Below, piece by piece: positions 36,522-44,950 of a stretch of 64,000 nt of DNA. Origin of the DNA: an uncultured Thermoleophilaceae bacterium (GTDB lineage Bacteria > Actinomycetota > Thermoleophilia > Solirubrobacterales > Thermoleophilaceae); the NCBI GenBank assembly GCA_963716215.1, contig OY970298.1, positions 3,508,416 through 3,572,415 of the forward strand, given 5' to 3'. The position numbers and the translations under genes were made by a program. Within the stretch, counting starts at the first letter, position 1, and every line of letters starts with the position of its first letter. Under the pieces are notes generated by a model. It was not told the origin of the DNA, made no database searches, and saw only the letters and a program-made list of their open reading frames with translations.

Positions 36522-38459
36522 ACCTCGAACTCGCCGCCCTGCCACCGCGGCGTGAGCTTGGCGTAGCACGGCGGGTTGGGCCAGGAGCGGTTGACGATCA
36601 CCCACCCCTTGCGCAGGTGCTCCCGCACCTCGCGGCACGTGTCGAGCGCGTCGACCAGGTCGATCCGGTGCTGGAGCCGGTCGCCCGCCAGCGCCGCGTT
36701 CATCACGACCGAGAAGGCGACCGGGCTGTCGCCGTCCACCCACTCGGGCTGCGAGAGGAACCAGTCGAACATCGCCGGGGCCGCCGAGGCGAACTTGTTG
36801 GACTCGGAGACGTTGGCCACGTTGAAGCGCTGGACGAACCCGGACGCGGCCACGGACAGCAGCAGCCCGACGACCACGATCGCCGGCACGGCGGCAAGGC
36901 GCGCCAGGCGCGGCCAGTCGCCGCGTCGCGGCAGGAGCGCCGCGACGCCGACAAGGGCCGCCCCGCCCAGCGCACCGGCCAGGACGATCGCCACCGGCGG
37001 CGCGCTCGGGTAGCCGAGGTCGAACAGCTGCCAGGCGGTGAACCCGAGCGCCAGGGTCAGCGCCCCCACGGCATACGGCCGACCGTACGGGCGCTCCCGC
37101 GCGGCCAGGCAGATCGTGAGGGCCGCGACCGTGAAGGTCGGCAGCAGGTAGCGCACCGTGGTCAGCGCGCTGGAGCCCGCGTCGCCCTCGGAGATCCCGG
37201 TGAAGGGCGCGTTCATCCACAGCAGCAGGGACAGGACGGTGACCGCGGTCGAGGCGAGCACCGCCCGGGTCCGGGTCGCGAGCGGCGCGAGCAGGGCGCC
37301 GCGCGATCAGCAGGTAGCCCCCGGCGAACGGCTTGGCCCAGTCGCTGAGCAGGAAGTCGGCCGTCCGGCGGGGGGCGTCGAAGAAGCGGGTGTAGACCTG
37401 CTCCACCACGTCACCCGACGGCGCGATCACCTCGGGCACCGGGTCGCCCCACGGCGTGGCCACGAACGGCCACAGCGGCGACCCGTGCAGCACCAGGTTG
37501 CGCAGGTACCAGTAGCCGCCCACCGCCAGCCCGACGCCGCATGCCACGGCGAGCGGGCGCCACAGGGCGCCCAGCCGGTGGCGGTGGACCACCGCCGCGA
37601 TCGCCAGCACCAGCAGCCCCAGCGGCAGCGTCGTGGTCTTGGTGCCGATGGCCAGGGCCGCGGCGAGCACCACGCCGGTCAGAAGCTTGGGCCGGCTGAC
37701 CGACGCGGCGCAGAGGGCTGCCGCGCAAACGAGCCACGCCAGCGCCGGGAGGTCGGTGTGGGCGCCGTTCTTCTGCCAGTGCGTGAGCGGCGGCATCAGG
37801 CAGAGGGTCAGCACGGCAAGCCCGGCCGGCAGGCGCGGCACGCGCAGGGTCCGCAGGCCGGTCCAGCCGGCCGTGGCCAGCAGCGCCAGCGTCACCGGCG
37901 CCCACACCATCACCGGCACGAAGCTGCGCGAGAGCGCGCTCGACCACTCCAGCAGCACCTCGTTCGTCACCGGGTACGCGCCGACCGGATAGCCGGGGAA
38001 CAGCCCGGAGACCGAACCCGGGCGGCCGTTGTGGATCCACTCGACCACCTCGGGGACGTGGTAGATCATGCTGTCCGCGCCGAGGATCGGATGGCGCACC
38101 AGCCAGACCGTCCAGACCAGCCAGGCGCCCGCGCCCGCCGCCAGCGCCACGCGCGGCGCGATCGGCGCGCTCGCCCACCAGCCGAGGAACTCCTCGCGCG
38201 CCGGGGTGCCCACGTCCGGAGCGAGCCTGCGCGCGACGAGCCAGGTGAGCACCGCGGCCAACGCGAGCGCGATCGTGCTCCCGCCCAGGCTGACGAGCCC
38301 GAGGCCCAACGCCTCCAGCGCCGCGAGCGCGGCGCCGAACACGGCGGTCGCCACCACTCGCGGCAGCCCGGCGGCACCCGTGAGCGTGGCCACCCGGAAG
38401 CCGGCGCCGGCCAGAGCGGCGACCGCGACGACGAACGTGATCTGGTGGATGACCGTCAA
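36491..38459 (-). pseudogene. unrecognised GT-C-like membrane protein, paralog 3, frame disrupted near 37298-37304
   Basis: TTG start at 38459 (TTGA overlap with the AT3 stop): (M)TVIHQITFVVAVAALAGAGFRVATL... is homologous to paralogs 1 and 2 up to ...FAGGYLLIA. It then continues in the frame of track ORF 36491..37261 (GALLAPLATRTRAVLASTAVTVLSLLLWMNAPFTG...GGEFEVYGG). Confidence 0.7.
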
Positions 38460-39643
38460 GCCGCGACCCGGGCGGGTCCGTCCGCCTTGTCCGGCGCGCG
38501 CCGACCGCCGCGGAAGTCCTTGAAGCGGAGGATCGGGCGCTCGACGACGTAGTAGCTGCCCGCGGCGCACAGCGTGGACACGACCAGCGCACACACCAGC
38601 AGCGGCACCCACGCGTAGTCGAGCTTCGGCGCCAGGACGCGGATGATCTCGAAGTGCCAGAGGTAGAGCCCGTAGGAGACCAGGCCGAGCCAGGCCAGCC
38701 ACCGCAGCCCGAGCACGCGGCGCGGCCAGCCACCGGCGCCCTCCCCGAACACGGCCGGGAGGATCAGGAACAGCGCCACGACGCCGCGCAGCACGTGCTG
38801 GGCCAGCAGCTGCTCGTCCGAGTAGACGGTGTGCTGAGGCGCGCTGGTGAGGACCGCGCCGAGCACCAGATAGGCGACGAGCGCGATCGCCCAGCAGGTC
38901 CCGGGCCGGTCGGTCACGAGCTGCGCGAGCCGGGGCGCGCGGGCGCGGTCCTGCCACGCCACGCTCAGCACCGCCAGCGCCATCCCGAGCGCGAACCAGT
39001 AGAGGTGCGTGGGCAGGCTGTTGCTCAACACCACGTCGTCGGTGACCGCGCGCAGCGTCACCGAGCCGAGCGCGATCAAGGCGAGCACCACGAGCTGCAC
39101 GCGCACCCGCACCGCCGCGTCGCGCCCCCTGGTCGCGTACGCGGTGGCGATGGCGAAGAACGGCAGCACGACGTAGAAGCTCGCCTCGATGCACAGCGTC
39201 CACGCCACCGGGATCCCCGTGAGCGTGGTGATCGGGTCGTAGATCTGCAGCAGCCCGTAGTAGCTCCACCAGTCGGGGCCCCAGAGCCCCACGAGCCCCG
39301 GGTAGATCGCCAGCACGGTGAGTGCGAGCCAGTAGGCGGGGATGATGCGCAGCACCCGCCGGCGCGCGTAGTCGCGCAGGCGTGGCTGCGACTTGTGGTG
39401 CAGCTGGGCGTTGAAGAACGGCCGGTACAGGAGGAAGCCCGAGAGCAGGAAGAACAGGCACACCCCCACGCTGAGGTTGCCGATCCAGGCGCCGTAGGCC
39501 TGCTCGCGCGTGTTGCCCGACAGCGACCCCACGTGTCCGAACAGGACTCCCAGTGCGGCCACCGCGCGCAGCGAGTCCATCAGCGGGAAGCGCGGGTTCC
39601 CAGGGGGCGGCGCGACGACCGGAGGCGCCGTGTGGGCGGACAT
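38456..39643 (-). CDS. acyltransferase family 3 (AT3) membrane O-acyltransferase
   Basis: 395-aa ORF with RFPLMDSLRAVAALGVLFGH, LLSGFLLYRPF, RRVLRIIPAYW and YGLYLWH. Confidence 0.85.
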   Translation of the reverse strand: MSAHTAPPVVAPPPGNPRFPLMDSLRAVAALGVLFGHVGSLSGNTREQAYGAWIGNLSVGVCLFFLLSGFLLYRPFFNAQLHHKSQPRLRDYARRRVLRIIPAYWLALTVLAIYPGLVGLWGPDWWSYYGLLQIYDPITTLTGIPVAWTLCIEASFYVVLPFFAIATAYATRGRDAAVRVRVQLVVLALIALGSVTLRAVTDDVVLSNSLPTHLYWFALGMALAVLSVAWQDRARAPRLAQLVTDRPGTCWAIALVAYLVLGAVLTSAPQHTVYSDEQLLAQHVLRGVVALFLILPAVFGEGAGGWPRRVLGLRWLAWLGLVSYGLYLWHFEIIRVLAPKLDYAWVPLLVCALVVSTLCAAGSYYVVERPILRFKDFRGGRRAPDKADGPARVAA

Positions 39644-39649
39644 TCGGCG

Positions 39650-39655
39650 ATCCTA
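39650..39655 (-). promoter_or_regulatory. -10 box candidate TAGGAT, 6 nt upstream of ATG 39643 (leaderless)
   Basis: Minus-strand CTAGGAT (plus strand ATCCTAG). Confidence 0.35.
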
Positions 39656-39733
39656 GACGCACTCACACGCGGTGATCCCCGGTCGCGCCGGGCTCCCGCC
39701 GGCCCGGGCGGCTCCGCCGAATCAGGGCTCCCC

Positions 39734-39739
39734 TAGGGT
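39734..39739 (+). promoter_or_regulatory. -10 box candidate TAGGGT(G), 13 nt upstream of ATG 39753
   Basis: CTAGGGTG, identical to the box at 30228. Confidence 0.3.
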
Positions 39740-39752
39740 GACGCCGACCCAG

Positions 39753-42126
39753 ATGTCGATTTCGACCGACAGCCGCGTCGCGCGCCTGGCTGGAGCGCCG
39801 CGAGTACCTGGCCGCGACGGCGATCCTCGGCCTGATCACGTGCCTGTGGTTCTGGCCGCTGCTGATCGGCGAGCAGCTCGGGCAGAGCTTCATCCTGCAT
39901 CAGTTCGCACCGTGGCTGGGCGGCGTGGACCCCGCCTCGCTGCCGCGCCGCGGACCGTTCGTGGACGCGGCGGTGGCGTTCCACCCGTGGGCGGAGGTGG
40001 CGCGCGACCAGGTCCTCGCGGGCCACCTGCCGCTGTGGAACCCGTCGGAGTGGGCCGGCATGACGCTGGTGGGCAACATGCAGTCGGCGCTGTTCTTCCC
40101 GCCCAGCTGGCTGCTGATCGTGTTCCCGTTCGGCTACGGGTGGGGCGTCTTCTCCGCCGTCAAAGTGCTGCTGTCGGGGCTCGGGGCCTACGCCCTCGCG
40201 CGCGAGCTGGGAGTGGGCCGCGGCGGCGCGCTGGTCGCAGGTGCCGTGTACATGCTGTCCGCGCCGCTGATGCTGTGGCTGCAGTACCCGCTCGGCAGCG
40301 TCTTCGCGATCTTCCCGTGGCTGCTGTGGGCAACCACCCGACTCGCCAGGCGCCCCACACGGGCTTCGATCGCGGCCGTGGCGCTCACGACCGCCCTGAT
40401 GCTGTTCGCCGGGCACCCGGAGTCGGCGTTCATCGCGGTGTCGGCGATCGCCGTGTACCTGGTGGCGCTGGTTGCCTTCGACCACCGGGCGAACCCGGAG
40501 GGCTCACGCCCGCTGCGGATCGCCGTGCGGTGGGCGGCCGGCGGGCTGCTCGGCGCGGCGATCGCGGCCGTGGCCCTGATCCCGTTCCTGCTCGCGCTCG
40601 GCGACAGCGTCACCTGGGGCGAGCGCGGCAAGCTGATCCCGGCCGACGCCCCGTCGCTCGCCGACCTGCTGCAGTGGGCGATGCCGGGGCTGTTCGGGGA
40701 CGGTGAGCCGAACCTGTACGGCAGGTGGCCGTTCGGCTACTTCGGGCTGCCCGCGCTGATCCTGGCGTTCGTGGGGCTCGTCCGCTACCGCCGCGAGGCG
40801 GGTGCCCGTGCGCTGCTGGCGATGACGGCCGTCACGTTCCTGGCGATTTACCGCGTGCCCCCGGTGCGCTGGCTGCTGGAGGAGGTCCCGCCATGGGCGA
40901 ACACCTACCTGGGGCCCGAGCGGCTCTACTTCGTGATCGCGCTGGCGGGCGCCGTCGGCGCCGGCGCCGGCTTCCACGCGCTCGCCCACCGGCCCCTGCC
41001 GCTGCGCCGCGTCGTCGTGGTGACCGCCGCGGCGGCGCTCGTGATCGCGGTCGGCGCCGGGCTGGCCCAGGTGGCGGGCGACCTGGGCGCGCCCGCCTCG
41101 GTGAAGCGCGAGAGCATCGCCGTCACGGCGCTGCTGCTGCTTGTGACCGGCGGCCTGCTGGCGGCCGTCGGCCGGGTCCGTCCCGTGACGGCTGCGGCGG
41201 CGGCGCTGGCGGTGGCCGTGCTGAGCCTGGTCGGGATGCAGAACTTCAACCTCACCCTGCCCCCTGACGAGGCCTACCCGGCCACTCCGGCGGGGATCGC
41301 CCAGCTCCAAGACCAGCCGGGAACGTTCCGAGTCGGCGTGTTCCGCGCCAGCGGCGCCGAGCTGACGATGCCCGCGAACACGGCGGGCCTGTACGAGCTC
41401 GAGAGCATCGAGGGCTACGACTATCCGCTGTCGCGGCGGTGGTCCGACTTCCAGTCCGGCGTGCTCGGTTTCGGCGGCTCGGCCTTCCCGGAGCTGCGGA
41501 CCGCCCAGGAGCCGCCGCGCGGGCCCGCCCTGGCCGCGCTGCGGATGATGAACGTGCGGTACTACGTGGGCGCGCCCGGCACGCGCGCCGAGTCGCCGGA
41601 CTTCCAGACCGTCTACAGCGGGCGCGACAGCGTGGTGCTGCGTGACCGCCAGGCGCTGCCGCGCGCGTACGTGGCGCCGGTCGCGCGTCCGCTGTCGGAC
41701 GACGACGCCCTGGCGCTGCTCGAGCGGGGTGGGCTCGACCCGCGCCGCGAGGCGCTCGTGCCGGAGGGCGAGCAGGCGCCCGCCGGAGGCGCGTTCCGCG
41801 CCGCGCGCGTGGAGGTGCTCGCCCCCGACCACGTGCGGGTGCACGTGCCGCGCGGAGCGGCGGGCTGGCTGGTGCTGGCCAACGGGTACTCGCCGGACTG
41901 GAAGGCCGAGGTCGACGGGCGCGAGACCGAGCTGCGGCCGACCAACTTCGCCGCGATGGGCGTCCCGGTGGAGAGCGGGACCGAGGTCGTGGACTTCCGG
42001 CTCGACCGCACCGGGCTCTGGCTCGGCGCCGCGATCAGCCTGATCGCGCTTGCGTGCGCTGGGCTGCTCTTGGTGAGCGGCAGAGCGCGATCACGTCGAG
42101 GGCCTGCTCCAGACCCTCGGACCTGA
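39753..42126 (+). CDS. YfhO-family polytopic membrane glycosyltransferase, copy 1 (N-terminus uncertain; possible 1-nt frame disruption at ~39775-39795)
   Basis: Track ORF 39925..42126 matches the YfhO family (HPWAEVARDQVLAGHLPLWNPSEWAGMTLVGNMQSALFFP...). The same frame is open and paralog-conserved upstream to 39790 (LERREYLAATAILGLITCLWFWPLLIGEQLGQSF) with no ATG/GTG/TTG in it. The nearest ATG (39753, behind a -10 box) is in the -1 frame. Confidence 0.7.
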
Positions 42127-42823
42127 GCTCGAAGTCGTCCACCGTGATCGCCCCCGCGCCGGGGTGCGGGTGCTCGCGCTCGGTGGTTAGGCGCCGGTCG
42201 TAGAGTCGCTGGAGGACCGTGCGTGGGACGAACCGGCGCAGCCGCAGCGGGTCCTTGCGCAGCAGCGCGTCGAGCTTGAGGCGCTCACCGGAGACGAGCT
42301 CGAGATAGCGCTCCGACCCGAACAGCCCGTGCATCTCGACCCTCTCGAAGTACGGCTCGCAGGCCGCCCGCAGCTGGGTGTGGTCGTACTCGACGTAGTG
42401 GTACGGGTCGATGATCTCGTCGGGGCGGGCGAAGGTGAGCCGGTTGGGGGTCACGAAGATCGCGGTGCCCTCCGGTTCGAGCACTCGCGCGATCTCCTCG
42501 AGCACGCGCCGGTGGTCGGGCACGTGCTCGATCGACTGCACCGACAGCACCGCGGCGAAGCTGGCGTCGCCGAACGGGATCTCGCGCATGTCGGCCACGA
42601 CCGTCTCGCGCTGCTGTCCCGCGAGCGCTTCGGGGTCCAGGTCGAGCCCGACGCTCTCGCGCGGCGCCAGCTCGCTGAACGAGTGCCCCACGCCGCAGCC
42701 GAGGTCCAACACCCGGCCGTCCGGCAGCAGCGGCGCGCACAGCCGGTAGGCCGCCACGTGGCGCTGCCAGGTCGGGTTGAAGCCGCCGGCGGGGGTGGAT
42801 ACACGCTCGCCGGTGACCGTCAC
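42035..42823 (-). CDS. class I SAM-dependent methyltransferase
   Basis: 262-aa ORF with VLDLGCGVGHS motif I and SVQSIEHVPDH. GTGA overlaps the upstream GT2 stop. Confidence 0.85.
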   Translation of the reverse strand: MTVTGERVSTPAGGFNPTWQRHVAAYRLCAPLLPDGRVLDLGCGVGHSFSELAPRESVGLDLDPEALAGQQRETVVADMREIPFGDASFAAVLSVQSIEHVPDHRRVLEEIARVLEPEGTAIFVTPNRLTFARPDEIIDPYHYVEYDHTQLRAACEPYFERVEMHGLFGSERYLELVSGERLKLDALLRKDPLRLRRFVPRTVLQRLYDRRLTTEREHPHPGAGAITVDDFELRSEGLEQALDVIALCRSPRAAQRTQARSG

Positions 42824-43626
42824 GCCATGTACTTCCGCGACTTCAGCACCCCGCGGCGGTGCAGCACCAGCCGCGCCCCGGCCCAGAGGGTCTTCAGGCC
42901 GTACACGGTCGCCGGTCGCAGCCCGATCGAGGACGCGTCGTCGAAGTAGCGTGTGCGGGCCGGCACCTCCGCGATCCGGAAGCCAAAGTGCGATGCCTGC
43001 ATCAGCATCTCGGAGTCGAAGCTGAAGTCGAGCGCGTTGCGCAGGAACGGGACCTCCCGCAGCAGCCGGTTCGAGTAGGCGCGGTAGCCCGTGTGCAGCT
43101 CCGACAGGTGGGTGCCGAGGATGCGGTTCTCGATCGTGGTCAGGAAGCGGTTGGCCACGTACTTGTAGAGCGGCATCCCGCCCTCGCGGGCCATTCCCGG
43201 CTCGGCCAGCCGGGAGCCCAGCACCATGTCGGCCTCGCCGTCGAGGATCGGCTGGATCAGCCGCGGGATCAGCGACGGCTCGTACTGCCCGTCCGGGTGC
43301 AGCATCACCACGACCTCGGCATCGCGCTGAAGCGCCTGGAGGTAACAGGTCTTCTGGTTGCCGCCATAGCCGACGTTGTGGGGATGCCAGATCAGGTGGA
43401 TCGGCAGCCCGCGCGCGAGCTCGACGGTGTTGTCGGTCGACTTGTCGTCGACCAGGATGATCTCGTCCACCACCTCGCGCGGGATCGCGTTCACGGTGCG
43501 CTCGAGCGTGAGCGCGGCGTTGCGCGCCGGCATCACGACGATCACCTTCGCCTGCCGCTGGGCGGCGGTGGTGGCGCCGTCGACGTCGAGCGCGCGCTCG
43601 ACGTCCTCTTCTCGAACGTCAGCCAT
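42820..43626 (-). CDS. GT2-family glycosyltransferase (polyprenyl-phosphate sugar synthase-like, soluble type)
   Basis: 268-aa ORF with VVMPARNAALTLERTV...ILVDDKSTDNT...HPDGQYEP...GSR... motifs. Confidence 0.85.
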   Translation of the reverse strand: MADVREEDVERALDVDGATTAAQRQAKVIVVMPARNAALTLERTVNAIPREVVDEIILVDDKSTDNTVELARGLPIHLIWHPHNVGYGGNQKTCYLQALQRDAEVVVMLHPDGQYEPSLIPRLIQPILDGEADMVLGSRLAEPGMAREGGMPLYKYVANRFLTTIENRILGTHLSELHTGYRAYSNRLLREVPFLRNALDFSFDSEMLMQASHFGFRIAEVPARTRYFDDASSIGLRPATVYGLKTLWAGARLVLHRRGVLKSRKYMA

Positions 43627-43635
43627 GCGGGGCCA

Positions 43636-43641
43636 AGGCTA
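43636..43641 (-). promoter_or_regulatory. -10 box candidate TAGCCT, 9 nt upstream of ATG 43626
   Basis: Minus-strand CTAGCCT (plus strand AGGCTAG). Confidence 0.35.
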
Positions 43642-43706
43642 GCCGCGTTCGCGCACCGGCGCGTCGCTTCCGCGGGTGACCCGGCGCCCGCCCGAGTGCC
43701 CGGCGG

Positions 43707-43712
43707 TAAGGT
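43707..43712 (+). promoter_or_regulatory. -10 box candidate TAAGGT, 8 nt upstream of ATG 43721 (leaderless)
   Basis: TAnnnT hexamer at the same spacing as the other operon heads. Confidence 0.35.
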
Positions 43713-43720
43713 CGCCCCGC

Positions 43721-44950
43721 ATGCTCGGCTTCGGGTCGCGACTCGGCATCCTGGCGGCGGGCGGAGCGGCAGCGCGAGGGCTCTACGTCGCCCGGACGTC
43801 GTCGTCGCCCACAGAGTTCCCGGTCGGCGGCGACGCGGCCTTCTACCAGTTCACCGCCGAGCACCTGGTGGCCGGGGACGGGTACATCTCGCCGGTCAAG
43901 CTGCTGCTGGCCGGAGAGATCGAGCCGACCGCCGAGCACCCGCCCCTGTTCTCGATCCTCCTGGCCGTCCTGATCAGGCTCGGGGCGAACAGCACGCCGG
44001 CCCAGCGCGCGCTGATCGCCTGCGCCGCCGGGGCCATCGTCGTCGTGGGCATCGGCCTGCTCGGGCGGCGCGTCGGCGGCGCCCGGGTGGGCCTGATCGC
44101 CGCCGCCCTCGCGGCGTTCTACCCGACGATCGTGACCGCCCAGGCCTCGCTGGAGAGCGAGGCGCTCTACGGCGTCTGGCTGGTGCTGGCGATGCTGCTC
44201 GCCTACCGCCTCTACGACCGGCGCGACATGAGCTCCGCGCTCGCGCTCGGGGCCGTGATCGGCCTGGCGACGCTGACCCGCAACGAGGCACTGTTGCTGC
44301 TGCCGCTGATGGCGCTGCCGGTGGCGATCCGCGGCGGCGCGGGACGCTGGGGACGCCTGGCCGTCACCTGCGCCGTGGCGCTGCTGTTCGTGGCGCCGTG
44401 GATCGGGCGCAACTGGATCGAGCTAGACCGGCCGCTGATGTCCACCAACTACGGGCAGGGCCTGGCGGGCAGCAACTGCCACCCCACCTACTACGGGGCC
44501 GACATCGGGGCGTTCTCGATCCTCTGCTTCCAGCTGGATCCGCAACTCGGGGAGGTCGAGTGGTCCGAGGACATGGCGCGGCAGGGCCTCGACTACGCCC
44601 GCGACCACGCCGGGCGCGTGCCCGTGGTGATGCTGCTGCGGGGCCTGCGCGGATGGGGCTTCTACGACCCCGGATCCCAGCTCCGCATCTACAACATGTC
44701 CAAGCGCGTGCAGCACGTGGGCATCGCGCTGTGGTACCCGCTGCTGGTGCTCGCGGCCATCGGTCTGGTGCTGCTGCGCCGGCGTGGTGAGCCGATCTCG
44801 CCGCTGCTCGCTCCGCTGCTGGTGACCACCCTGGTCCTGATCGTCTACTCGGGCGTCACGCGCTACCGGCACGGCACCGAGCTGGCGATGGTCGTGATGG
44901 CCGCCGTTGCCCTCGACGCGCTCGTCTCCAGGGTTCGGGCCGCCAGCTGA
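43721..44950 (+). CDS. ArnT/PMT-like GT-C glycosyltransferase, type B copy 3
   Basis: ATG 43721 (MLGFGSRLGILAAGGAAARGLYV...). Motifs GGDAAFYQFTAEHLVAGDGY, GLATLTRNEALLLLPLM, PWIGRNWIELDRPLMSTN. Confidence 0.8.
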   Translation: MLGFGSRLGILAAGGAAARGLYVARTSSSPTEFPVGGDAAFYQFTAEHLVAGDGYISPVKLLLAGEIEPTAEHPPLFSILLAVLIRLGANSTPAQRALIACAAGAIVVVGIGLLGRRVGGARVGLIAAALAAFYPTIVTAQASLESEALYGVWLVLAMLLAYRLYDRRDMSSALALGAVIGLATLTRNEALLLLPLMALPVAIRGGAGRWGRLAVTCAVALLFVAPWIGRNWIELDRPLMSTNYGQGLAGSNCHPTYYGADIGAFSILCFQLDPQLGEVEWSEDMARQGLDYARDHAGRVPVVMLLRGLRGWGFYDPGSQLRIYNMSKRVQHVGIALWYPLLVLAAIGLVLLRRRGEPISPLLAPLLVTTLVLIVYSGVTRYRHGTELAMVVMAAVALDALVSRVRAAS

